DNA of 64,000 nucleotides from positions 7,275 through 71,274 of the forward strand of contig CAWFPF010000007.1 in NCBI GenBank assembly GCA_963817705.1, written 5' to 3'. Below, piece after piece: positions 49,756-58,601 of this stretch. Source of the stretch: an uncultured Alphaproteobacteria bacterium. GTDB taxonomy: Bacteria; Pseudomonadota; Alphaproteobacteria; Rhizobiales; Rhodomicrobiaceae. The translations under genes were made by a program, and so were the position numbers. A model generated the notes under the pieces. The model saw only the letters and a list, made by a program, of their open reading frames with translations, was not told the origin of the DNA and did not search any database. Position 1 is the first letter of the stretch; each line of letters starts with the position of its first letter.

Positions 49756-51516
49756 TTAGAGGTCGATAATGGATGGCGCGGAACGCTGGCTATAGAGCAA
49801 TGCGATCTCGCCGGCGCGTGTGTTCTCGATCACGCGTGCGTTTACCGATCCTTTGTCCGTGAGCTCATGTTCGCGAGCGTTCAGGGGGGAGGCAAGGATC
49901 AGCAGGCGCCTTATCCGCCCGATTGGATCCGCCCCACTGGCCAGCGGCTCTGCGATGCGCCGGCGGATCTCGCTTGATAAGCTCTCCGAGTTGAGATCGC
50001 TGTGGTGCTGGGCCGGCGCATCGGGACCAAGGCAGAGCAAGGCTGTGACGAAGGGCCGGTCAGGACCCAGTATGACCGCGTGCTTTACAAGCCCGCCGAG
50101 CGCGGCGGTCAAGGCCTCGCAGAGGGGGCCGGTACGAACCCACTCACCATTCGCAAGTTTGAAATCCTCCGCAAGCCGGCCGTCGAAGCAAAGGCCCTGT
50201 ACGGGATCGTCTTTAGCCGCCCAGCGCAAGGCGTCTCCGATGCGGAAATAGCCTTCTTCGTCGAAGGCGGCGCGCGTTGCGGCTTCGTTGCGCCAGTAAC
50301 CGGGGCTGACGGCGAGTCCCTTCACCCGGGCCTCGAAGGTATCGCCGTAAGGGATCAGCTTGACCGATGTGCTTGGCAAGGGAAGTCCAACGCTCCCCCA
50401 TGGGCCGCTGCCGGAAACGCGCACGAGCGCAGCCGGCGCCGTCTCGGTTGCGCCATAGCCGGTTAGGAAGGGTATTTTCCGCCCCACGATACGCATAGCG
50501 GCTTCATCGAAGCCTTCCCTGGTTTTGGCCGAAAGGCTCGCCGCTCCATAGAACAGTATGCGAAGACGAGCAAAAAAGCGTTCCGCAAGAGCGTCATCCC
50601 GCTGCAAATGATGCAGTAAGAGGTCGAACCCCGACGGAACGTTGAAATAGACGGTCGGCGGGACCTCGCGGAGGGTGGCGAGCGTTTGTCCGATACCGGA
50701 AGCCGTAGGCTTTCCGCCATCGATATAGAAACTTCCTCCGTGATAGAGGGCCAATCCAAAATTATGGTTGGAGCCGAAGGCGTGACTCCACGGCAGCCAA
50801 TCGGCAAGCACTGGCGGCTCTTGTTCAAAAAAAGGAAAAGCGTGAGCCAGCATCGCCTGGTTTGCCAGCATCATGCCATGGGTTTGAATGACAAGCTTCG
50901 GTGAGCCCGTGGTACCGGAGGTTAGGAGAAATTTCGCGATTGTGGATGGGCCCACGCGCGCGTTCGCGGCGGCTACATCGGCTTCAGCCGCAGCGCAAAA
51001 GGAACTTCGCGCCTCCAACGTGTCCTCAGCGATCACCGGCACATTGAGCGCGAGGAGATCCGGAAGAACCACAGCTTGGGCGGCTTCATCGTCCATATAT
51101 AGAAGGCCTGGCGTCAACACGCGCAACACATTGCGCAGCGCTTCTTTGCGGTGCCGGTCGCCATAGAGAGAGGCCGGAAGAGCGCAAAACGGGATGCCGG
51201 CATGGAGCGCACCGAGCATCACAAGCGCATGTCCGGTCGAATTCCTGGAAAGGATGACCAAAGGGCGTTCAGGGCCAAGGCCGTACTGGAGGAGATGCCC
51301 CGCGAGTTGCTTCACCGACGCTGCCGCAGCAGCGAAGCTGAGCCGCCGCCACTCGACGCCGTCCTCGCGCCCAGCGATAAATGTCCGGCCCCGTTCCGAT
51401 GCCGCCCAGCGAAACAGACGGTCGCTCACACAGCGGTCCGGAATCTGCAAATCAACGGCCGAGCGAACGATCTGCGTGCCACTGGACCGCGTCTCAATCG
51501 AAAACGTCAAGGTCAT
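49756..51516 (-). CDS. fcs: Feruloyl-CoA synthase-like acyl-CoA ligase
   Basis: FLLTSGTTGSPK, DWLPWSHAFGSN, YGATETAP and EDFKLANGEWV motifs. Confidence 0.85.
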   Translation of the reverse strand: MTLTFSIETRSSGTQIVRSAVDLQIPDRCVSDRLFRWAASERGRTFIAGREDGVEWRRLSFAAAAASVKQLAGHLLQYGLGPERPLVILSRNSTGHALVMLGALHAGIPFCALPASLYGDRHRKEALRNVLRVLTPGLLYMDDEAAQAVVLPDLLALNVPVIAEDTLEARSSFCAAAEADVAAANARVGPSTIAKFLLTSGTTGSPKLVIQTHGMMLANQAMLAHAFPFFEQEPPVLADWLPWSHAFGSNHNFGLALYHGGSFYIDGGKPTASGIGQTLATLREVPPTVYFNVPSGFDLLLHHLQRDDALAERFFARLRILFYGAASLSAKTREGFDEAAMRIVGRKIPFLTGYGATETAPAALVRVSGSGPWGSVGLPLPSTSVKLIPYGDTFEARVKGLAVSPGYWRNEAATRAAFDEEGYFRIGDALRWAAKDDPVQGLCFDGRLAEDFKLANGEWVRTGPLCEALTAALGGLVKHAVILGPDRPFVTALLCLGPDAPAQHHSDLNSESLSSEIRRRIAEPLASGADPIGRIRRLLILASPLNAREHELTDKGSVNARVIENTRAGEIALLYSQRSAPSIIDL

Positions 51517-51760
51517 TCCGCCGGAAAGAGGTCCAAGCTAGCGCAATTACCGGCAGCCGGCACAACGAAAATGTCTAAATTGTTTAAAGAGACCGCGAAA
51601 GATTTCTTGAAGCGGCCTGAAATGAGAAGGCGCAACCACAAGCTTCTAAGGAAAAAGAGTTATACATTTAAGTATATCGATGCCAAAGCACCGTCTTGGC
51701 TGCGCCTTAAGCTGAGGGAGCGGCCCCATGATACGGCGCCGCTCCCTGGAGGTTCGGGTG

Positions 51761-51934
51761 CTATTTGCCCTTCACAGCGTCCTTAATTCCGCCAATGGTG
51801 CTCTTTGCCTTACCGGCAGCCTTATCGGCCTGTCCTTCGGTTTTCATCTTGGTGTCGCCCGTCACCTTACCGGCGGCTTCCTTGAGAGAACCCTTCGCCT
51901 GCTCTGCGGAACCCTTGACGCGTTCTTTGTCCAT
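51761..51934 (-). CDS. csbD: CsbD family stress protein (57 aa; not in the ORF track)
   Basis: MDKERVKGSAEQAKGSLKEAAGKVTGDTKMKTEGQADKAAGKAKSTIGGIKDAVKGK; AAGGAG RBS. Confidence 0.92.
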   Translation of the reverse strand: MDKERVKGSAEQAKGSLKEAAGKVTGDTKMKTEGQADKAAGKAKSTIGGIKDAVKGK

Positions 51935-51966
51935 CGTCCTAACTCCTTTGCGTTAGCTGAAGGGTG

Positions 51967-51991
51967 AACCCCCGAGACCGGAAAGGGTTCG
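51967..51991 (-). promoter_or_regulatory. EcfG-like promoter
   Basis: CGAAC-N16-GGTT upstream of the second csbD. Confidence 0.5.
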
Positions 51992-52149
51992 CGCCTTAAT
52001 GACTTTGCCTCAGCGCTAAGTGCCACAACTCAGCGGAAGCCTTTCGAAGGAGCGACTCCGCTCATTGAAAATCGCAGAGCCGGAGAGCAGCGCATGATAC
52101 GCTTTGGGTCGTTGGACGCCGGGCTGCACGAAATGTTCGAGGTCATTTC

Positions 52150-52839
52150 ATGAAGGTCACATTGCAGGTTTTGTTCGCGCTTGGCTTCGTCGCGGGGTTC
52201 GCCGACACCGCGACTTTTATTCATCTGTCCGGCTTGTTCAGCTCGCACGTCACAGGGAATTTCGTGATGCTTGCCGCGTCCATTACAAAAGGCGCGAACG
52301 ACGGCGAACTGCTCAAAATTCTCGCTGTGCCGGTGTTCGTGCTGACTGTTTTTGGCGCAACGCTGGTTCACGACCGGCATCAAGCAGACAAACCCGAGAC
52401 GGCGCTAGACCGCCGGCTTGCCCCTGCCGCGGGCATCCTTCTCCTTGTTGCCGCCGCGATTGCGTTTGCCTACGGCCGGCGCGTCACGTCTACGGACTTC
52501 ACCACGGGAGACGCCCTTGCCGGTATCGTCGCCGTGGTGGCGATGGGCATTCAGAATGCCATGCACCGTTTCGCAGCGCCGCTCGGGCCAACGACAACCG
52601 TTATGACCGGCAATCTGACGCAACTCACGGTCATGGCTTCGCGGTCGCTGCTGAGGGGAGCGCCTCCGGCTGAAAAGGCCCCGGCTCAGCCGTTCTCCCT
52701 TTCCGGAATGGCGGGACTGGCGCTTGCGTTCGGGGCCGGCTGCGCCGTTTCGGCATTCCTGACGCTTGCCTTCGGCCTCATTTCGCTCGCAGTTCCAGGC
52801 TTGCTCTTGATTGCCACGTCATTTTGGGATCGCGCCTAA
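52150..52839 (+). CDS. YoaK/DUF1275 membrane protein
   Basis: AGFADTATF...FSSHVTGN...AMGIQNA...TTVMTGN. Confidence 0.92.
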   Translation: MKVTLQVLFALGFVAGFADTATFIHLSGLFSSHVTGNFVMLAASITKGANDGELLKILAVPVFVLTVFGATLVHDRHQADKPETALDRRLAPAAGILLLVAAAIAFAYGRRVTSTDFTTGDALAGIVAVVAMGIQNAMHRFAAPLGPTTTVMTGNLTQLTVMASRSLLRGAPPAEKAPAQPFSLSGMAGLALAFGAGCAVSAFLTLAFGLISLAVPGLLLIATSFWDRA

Positions 52840-52950
52840 CGATACATCGGCGAAATCGAATGCATTAGCAGTTCGGCTAGATGGCGAAACGGATGGCAAA
52901 TGCTAAGGTCCATTTGCTGCTTTTTTCGCCAGGCGAGTTGCTCCAAAAGA

Positions 52951-54939
52951 ATGTCCGACACCCTGCCCAAAGTGCTGCTTCATAACGCGCGGGTGTTCGC
53001 GAAACGGCCTGCAATCCGGTTGAAGGATCTCGGCATTTGGCAGACCTGGACTTGGGCCGAAGCCGCAGAAGAAGTGCGGGCCTTCGCCATCGGGCTCAAC
53101 CGGCTTGGAGTCCGGCGGGGGGAGACGATTGCGATTGTGGGCGACAACAGGCCACGGCTTTACTGGGCGATGATGGCCGCGCAGAGCCTCGGCGCCATTC
53201 CGGTTCCCATGTATCAGGACTCGGTGGCGCAAGAGATGGCCTATGTGCTGGGCCACTCCGAGGCGAGGCTCGCCGTCGCTCAGAACCAGGAGCAGGTGGA
53301 CAAGCTCCTATCCATCGCCGAAGAGGCGCCGCTGTTACACCAGATCGTTTACGACGAGCCGAGGGGGTTGCAGGATTACGAGACGGGCCGTGTCCGGAGC
53401 TTCGAGAGCGTCGCCGCGGAGGGGCGCGCCGCCCTGAAACGCGAGCCGAAGCTTGCGGAGGGCTGGCTCGCGGACGTCGAGCGCGGGTCGGGCAACGATC
53501 CCGGCGTTATTCTCTATACCTCCGGCACCACCGGCCAGCCCAAGGGCGTCGTCCTCAGCCACAGCAATGTGCTCGTAACGGCACGCAACGCGAATGCGTT
53601 CGACAAGATCTCGGAGAAGGACGAAATCATCGCCTATCTGCCCATGGCTTGGGTCGGCGACCACATCTTCAGCTATGGACAAGCGCTCGCGGCCGGGTTT
53701 TGCGTGTCATGCCCCGAAAGCCCGCAGACCGTACTGGAGGACCGCCGGGAGATAGGGCCGACCTATTTTTTCGCGCCGCCCCGCGTCTACGAGAATCTCC
53801 TCACCTCCATCATGGTACGCATGGAGGATGCGGGCTCCATCAAGCGCGCCATGTTCAAAGGCTTTATGGCCGTCGCAAAACGGGCGGGCGAGCCGATCTT
53901 GAATGGCGAGCGTGTTTCCCCTTTCACGCGCGCGCTTTATGGCCTTGGCCAGGTTCTGGTTTATGGACCTGTCAAGAACCGGCTGGGGCTCACCCGCGCG
54001 CGCGTGGCCTATACGGCCGGTGAAGCCATCGGGCCGGAGATCTTCCGCTTCTACCGTTCCCTCGGCCTAAACCTGAAGCAGTTCTACGGCCAAACCGAAG
54101 CCAGCGTGTATGTGACCTTGCAGGCCGACGGCGAGATTGGCGCGGAGACCGTAGGCAGGCCCGCGCCGGGCGTTGAGGTGCGCGTGTCGCCCTCGGGCGA
54201 GGTCGAATATTGCGGACCCGGCGTTTTCCTCCGCTACTTTAAGAATGACGAGGCTACCGAAAATACCAAGACACCCGATGGCTGGGTGAAGACCGGCGAT
54301 GCAGGGATCGTCGAGCCGGATGGGTCGCTGAAGATCATCGACCGGGCCAAGGATGTGGGCCGGCTGACCGGCGGCGCGCTGCTGCCGCCGAAATATCTCG
54401 AAAACAAGCTGAAATTCTATCCAAACATCAAGGAGGCGGTGGCATTTGGCGACGGGCGCGATTTCGCGGCGGCCTTCATCAACATCGATCTGCTCTCCGT
54501 CGGCAATTGGGCCGAACGCAACAACGTCACCTATGCGAGCTATCAGGAGCTCGCCGCCCACTCGCGAGTCTACGACATGGTTCGTGCCCATGTCGATGAG
54601 GTTAACCGGAGCCTTGCGAAGGAGCCCATGCTTGCGGGGGCACAGATCCGGAGATTTCTCATCCTGCACAAGGAACTCGACGCAGACGATGGCGAGCTGA
54701 CGCGCACGCAGAAAGTCCGGCGAGGCTTCATTGCGGAGCGCTATGCGCCGCTCGTCGCCGCGCTTTATGACGGCTCGGCGGAGAAACACATTGCCACCGC
54801 CGTTACCTTCGAGGATGGCCGCAAAGGCGTGATCGAGGCAACCGTGCGCATCGCCGATATGCCGGCCTATACAGCCGAGGGGAATCCGATGCCCGCAATC
54901 GCGATGCCCTCCCAGTCTCATTTGGAGGCGGCGGAATGA
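52951..54939 (+). CDS. Long-chain fatty-acid-CoA ligase (AMP-binding)
   Basis: YTSGTTGQPKG, FYGQTE and KTGDAG motifs. Confidence 0.92.
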   Translation: MSDTLPKVLLHNARVFAKRPAIRLKDLGIWQTWTWAEAAEEVRAFAIGLNRLGVRRGETIAIVGDNRPRLYWAMMAAQSLGAIPVPMYQDSVAQEMAYVLGHSEARLAVAQNQEQVDKLLSIAEEAPLLHQIVYDEPRGLQDYETGRVRSFESVAAEGRAALKREPKLAEGWLADVERGSGNDPGVILYTSGTTGQPKGVVLSHSNVLVTARNANAFDKISEKDEIIAYLPMAWVGDHIFSYGQALAAGFCVSCPESPQTVLEDRREIGPTYFFAPPRVYENLLTSIMVRMEDAGSIKRAMFKGFMAVAKRAGEPILNGERVSPFTRALYGLGQVLVYGPVKNRLGLTRARVAYTAGEAIGPEIFRFYRSLGLNLKQFYGQTEASVYVTLQADGEIGAETVGRPAPGVEVRVSPSGEVEYCGPGVFLRYFKNDEATENTKTPDGWVKTGDAGIVEPDGSLKIIDRAKDVGRLTGGALLPPKYLENKLKFYPNIKEAVAFGDGRDFAAAFINIDLLSVGNWAERNNVTYASYQELAAHSRVYDMVRAHVDEVNRSLAKEPMLAGAQIRRFLILHKELDADDGELTRTQKVRRGFIAERYAPLVAALYDGSAEKHIATAVTFEDGRKGVIEATVRIADMPAYTAEGNPMPAIAMPSQSHLEAAE

Positions 54940-55793
54940 ACGCGCCTGAAACCGTTACGGTGGCCGGCAGCGCCCCCCTGGAAGAAGCGCCGGCGCCGCG
55001 CCGTCAGTTTTCCGAGGTTCTCCTCTCAGTCGAGAACATCACGCTGAGTTTTGGCGGCGTACGCGCGCTGAACGCCATCAGCTTCGACATCCGCAAGGGC
55101 GAAATCCGCGCCATCATCGGCCCCAACGGCGCCGGCAAAACCTCGATGCTGAATGTCATCAACGGCTTCTATCATCCGCAATCCGGGCTTATCACATTCA
55201 AGGGCAGGAAGCGCCGCCGCATGCGTCCGCACCGGGCCGCCGCGCAAGGCATCGCACGCACTTTCCAGAATGTCGCGCTGTTCAAGGGCATGAGCACGCT
55301 CGACAATCTTATGGCGGGGCGGATGCTGAAGATGCGGCGCGGCCTGTTCTGGCATGCGCTCTACTGGGGGCCGGCGCAGTGGGAGGAAATCCGCCACCGG
55401 CGCGTGGTCGAGGATATCATCGACTTCCTGCGCATCGAGCACATCCGCAAAACACCGGTCGGCAAGCTGCCCTACGGCTTGCAAAAGCGGGTGGAGCTTG
55501 GACGCGCGCTGGCCATGGAGCCCGAACTGTTGCTGCTCGACGAGCCCATGGCAGGCATGAACGTCGAGGAGAAGGAGGATATGTCCCGCTTCATCATCGA
55601 TGTGAACGAGCAATTCGGGACAACGATCGCGCTCATCGAGCATGACATGGGCGTGGTGATGGACCTGTCGGACCGCGTTGTGGTGCTGGACTACGGACGC
55701 AAGATCGCGGATGGCCCGCCGTCCGAGGTGCAAGCGAACCAGGCTGTGATCGGCGCCTATCTCGGCGTCCCCGATAGCGAGGGTGCGGCATGA
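54936..55793 (+). CDS. LIV-type ABC transporter ATPase (LivG-like)
   Basis: GPNGAGKT, LPYGLQKRVE and LLDEP motifs. Confidence 0.94.
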   Translation: MNAPETVTVAGSAPLEEAPAPRRQFSEVLLSVENITLSFGGVRALNAISFDIRKGEIRAIIGPNGAGKTSMLNVINGFYHPQSGLITFKGRKRRRMRPHRAAAQGIARTFQNVALFKGMSTLDNLMAGRMLKMRRGLFWHALYWGPAQWEEIRHRRVVEDIIDFLRIEHIRKTPVGKLPYGLQKRVELGRALAMEPELLLLDEPMAGMNVEEKEDMSRFIIDVNEQFGTTIALIEHDMGVVMDLSDRVVVLDYGRKIADGPPSEVQANQAVIGAYLGVPDSEGAA

Positions 55794-55978
55794 GAAGCGT
55801 AGCTGACGGCACTGCCAAGTTCCCCCTCACCCCAACCCTCTCCCCGAGGGGAGAGGGAGCAAAAGCCGCGACCCTCTCAAGAGAAGTGGCTGCGGCCCAC
55901 TTCCAGAGCGGAAAGGGAGATGTTGGCGTCCCTTCTCCCCTTGGGGAGAAGGACAGGATGAGGGGGTCTTGCCCATGA
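55790..55978 (+). CDS. 62-aa bridging mini-ORF encoded by repeat C
   Basis: ATGA overlaps with both the ATPase stop and the DUF559 start; protein function doubtful. Confidence 0.35.
   Translation: MRSVADGTAKFPLTPTLSPRGEGAKAATLSREVAAAHFQSGKGDVGVPSPLGEKDRMRGSCP
55822..55966. repeat. Palindromic repeat copy C
   Basis: CCCCCTCACCCCAACCCTCTCCCCGAGGGGAGAGGG...CCCTTCTCCCCTTGGGGAGAAGGACAGGATGAGGGGG. Confidence 0.93.
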
Positions 55979-56472
55979 AAGTCGCCCTGACCCCTATTGC
56001 ACGGAAGTTACGGCACGAAACCACCGATGCGGAACTCCGCCTGTGGCTTGCCTTGCGAAACCGGCAAATCAAAGGGTTCAAGTTCAAGCGGCAAGTGCCA
56101 TTCGGCCCCTACATCGCGGACCTCCTCTGCGTTGAAGCAAGGCTGATTGTCGAAGCCGACGGCGGCCAGCACGCTGTGCAAGAGGCTTCCGGCCGAACGC
56201 GAACGGCATACTTGGAGAGCCAAGGCTATCGCGTGCTGCGGTTCTGGAATAACGATGTGCTTCAGAACCTGGAGGGGGTGCTTGAAACAATTGCGGAAAC
56301 GCTGGGGAGCGAGTCTCCCCTCACCCTGACCCTCTCCCCGAGGGGGGAGGGAAAAAAAGCCGCAGCCCTCTCAAGAGAAGTAGTTGCGGCGGCCGATCCC
56401 ATCGGAGCGGCCGCTTCCTGCGTCCCTTCTCCCCTTGGGGAGAAGGACAGGATGAGGGGGTCTTCCTCATGA
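55975..56472 (+). CDS. DUF559 (Vsr-like) endonuclease; C-terminal about 50 aa read through repeat D
   Basis: ARKLR...TDAE..LW..LR...FKRQVPFGPYIAD...EADGGQH...GYRVLRFWNNDV. Confidence 0.92.
   Translation: MKVALTPIARKLRHETTDAELRLWLALRNRQIKGFKFKRQVPFGPYIADLLCVEARLIVEADGGQHAVQEASGRTRTAYLESQGYRVLRFWNNDVLQNLEGVLETIAETLGSESPLTLTLSPRGEGKKAAALSREVVAAADPIGAAASCVPSPLGEKDRMRGSSS
56317..56460. repeat. Palindromic repeat copy D
   Basis: Shares the right end GCGTCCCTTCTCCCCTTGGGGAGAAGGACAGGATGAGGGGGTCTT exactly with copy C. Confidence 0.93.
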
Positions 56473-57365
56473 CGTTCTTCGCAGAAACGGTCATCAGCGG
56501 CCTCCTGACGGGGGTGATGTACTCGCTCGTCGCGCTCGGCTTCGTGCTGATCTACAAGGCAAGCGGCGTCTTCAATTTCGCGCAAGGCGTCATGGCGCTG
56601 TTCGCGGCGCTGACGCTCACGGGTCTGATGAACGAGTATCACGTGCCGGTGTGGGGCGCGATCCCGCTCACGATTCTGGTCATGATCGCGCTCGCTTTCG
56701 TGGTCGAGTGGGCGATCCTGCGGCGCCTCGTGAACCAGGAGCCGATCGTGCTGTTCATGGCGACGCTCGGCCTCGCCTATATCCTGGAGGGGCTTGGCGA
56801 CATCGTCTGGGGGCCGGACGTCAAGGTTCTCGACCTCGGCCTGCCGGAGGGCGCGAACAACTGGCTCCTCGACAATTTCAACATCTACATCGAGCGCATC
56901 GAGATCTTAGCGGCCGCGACGGCGGCAATCCTGGTCGCGGTGCTCGCAATCTTCTTCCAGCGCACGCGCACAGGCCGCGCCCTGCGCGCGGTGGCCGACG
57001 ACCATCAGGCCGCACTCTCTGTCGGCATCTCCCTATCCGCGATCTGGGTGATCGTGTGGTCGGTCGCGGGCATTGTGGCGCTGGTGGCGGGCATCATGTG
57101 GGGTGCGAAGTCGGGCGTGCAGTTCTCGCTTTCGCTCATCGCGCTGAAGGCGCTGCCCGTGCTGATCCTCGGCGGCTTTACCAGCGTTCCCGGCGCTATC
57201 GTTGGCGGTCTCATTATCGGCGTCGGCGAGAAGCTTGCGGAAATCTACGCCGGGCCAATCATCGGCGGCGCCATCGAGAACTGGTTCGCCTATGTGCTCG
57301 CACTCATGTTCCTGCTGGTGCGGCCGCAGGGCCTCTTCGGCGAGAAGATCATCGAGCGGATTTGA
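56469..57365 (+). CDS. LIV-type ABC permease (LivH-like)
   Basis: YSLVALGFVLIYKASGVFNFAQG and RTRTGRALRAVADD motifs. Confidence 0.94.
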   Translation: MTFFAETVISGLLTGVMYSLVALGFVLIYKASGVFNFAQGVMALFAALTLTGLMNEYHVPVWGAIPLTILVMIALAFVVEWAILRRLVNQEPIVLFMATLGLAYILEGLGDIVWGPDVKVLDLGLPEGANNWLLDNFNIYIERIEILAAATAAILVAVLAIFFQRTRTGRALRAVADDHQAALSVGISLSAIWVIVWSVAGIVALVAGIMWGAKSGVQFSLSLIALKALPVLILGGFTSVPGAIVGGLIIGVGEKLAEIYAGPIIGGAIENWFAYVLALMFLLVRPQGLFGEKIIERI

Positions 57366-57384
57366 GTATGAAGAAAAGGTACGC

Positions 57385-57484
57385 CGTCATTGCGAGCGAA
57401 GCGAAGCCATCCAGGAGGGGCGATCTCAAACGGAGAGCCAGTTTCCCCGGGATCGCCAAGGCGGCTCTGCCGGCTCGCGATGGC
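57385..57484. repeat. CGTCATTGCGAGCGAAGCGAAGC-type REP-like palindrome
   Basis: Typical left arm with a degenerate right arm; covered by a 46-aa ORF at 57368-57508. Confidence 0.78.
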
Positions 57485-57510
57485 AACAAGTCCGGAGCTT
57501 GGAACTAATA

Positions 57511-58587
57511 ATGTTCTATCGCGAAGCAGGGCAGCTCAAGACAAGCTATGCGAGTGACATGGCGATCTTCCCGCTGAGGGAAGACCGCAAGCTCATACTG
57601 GTGATCCTCGCCGCCGCCTATCTGGTCGTCCCGTTCTTTCTGACCGATTTCTGGCTGAGCGCGGTTGCGATTCCGTTCCTTGCCTATGCCATGGCGGCAA
57701 TGGGGCTCAACATTCTCACGGGTTATTGCGGCCAGCTCTCGCTCGGAACAGGTGGATTTCTCGCCGCCGGGGCGTATTCCGCTTACAAGATCACCACCGC
57801 TTTCCCTGATCTGAACCTCATTTTCGTGTTCCTCGGCGCGGGGCTCTGCACTGCGGCCGTCGGGCTCGCCTTCGGCATTCCCTCGCTTCGGATCAAGGGC
57901 TTTTACCTCGCGGTCGCAACGCTCGCGGCGCAGTTCTTTATCGTCTGGCTGGTGACGCGCGTGCCCTGGTTCACGAACAACAGCGCGTCCGGGCAGATCC
58001 AAATGCCCACTCGCACCGTCTTCGGCTTTCCGGTGACAGGCGGCGCGATCTCAGGCACGGCGCAGTATCTCTTCGCGCTCACCTTCGTCACCGTGTTCGC
58101 GCTCATTGCGAAGAATCTCAGCCGTACCAATACAGGCCGGGCCTGGATGGCTATCCGCGACATGGATATCGCGGCGGAGCTGATCGGCATCCGGCCGCTT
58201 TTCGCCAAGCTGTCGGCTTTCGCGGTCTCGTCGTTTTACATCGGAATCGCGGGCGCGATGATGTTCGCCCTCTGGCTGTCGAGCGTCGAGCCGTCGTCGA
58301 GCTTCGGCATCAACCAGTCATTCCTGGTTCTGTTCATGGTCATCATCGGCGGGCTCGGCACGGTTCTCGGCTCATTTTTGGGCGCGGGCTTTCTCGTCCT
58401 GCTGCCGCTGCTCCTCAGCTACGTGCTTGTTGGATGGTTTGGGATTTTTCCAGCCGAGGCGAAGCACGCCGAAATTCTGACCATGGGCGTTTTGATCGTT
58501 TTCTTTCTCATCGCCGAGCCGCACGGCCTCGCAAAAATCTGGCAAACAACACGCGAGAAGCTGCGGCTCTGGCCATTTCCGTATTAA
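57511..58587 (+). CDS. LIV-type ABC permease (LivM-like)
   Basis: MFYREAGQ, LNILTGYCGQLSLG and GRAWMAIRD motifs. Confidence 0.94.
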   Translation: MFYREAGQLKTSYASDMAIFPLREDRKLILVILAAAYLVVPFFLTDFWLSAVAIPFLAYAMAAMGLNILTGYCGQLSLGTGGFLAAGAYSAYKITTAFPDLNLIFVFLGAGLCTAAVGLAFGIPSLRIKGFYLAVATLAAQFFIVWLVTRVPWFTNNSASGQIQMPTRTVFGFPVTGGAISGTAQYLFALTFVTVFALIAKNLSRTNTGRAWMAIRDMDIAAELIGIRPLFAKLSAFAVSSFYIGIAGAMMFALWLSSVEPSSSFGINQSFLVLFMVIIGGLGTVLGSFLGAGFLVLLPLLLSYVLVGWFGIFPAEAKHAEILTMGVLIVFFLIAEPHGLAKIWQTTREKLRLWPFPY

Positions 58588-58601
58588 CCAGGGAGGACTG
58601 C

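Larger units (their letters stand above)
55789..56472 (+). mobile_element. Putative repeat-nuclease cassette (repeat C + DUF559 + repeat D) inserted in the ABC operon
   Basis: Two near-identical palindromes flank the nuclease; CATGA direct repeat at 55789-55793 and 56468-56472. Confidence 0.65.
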
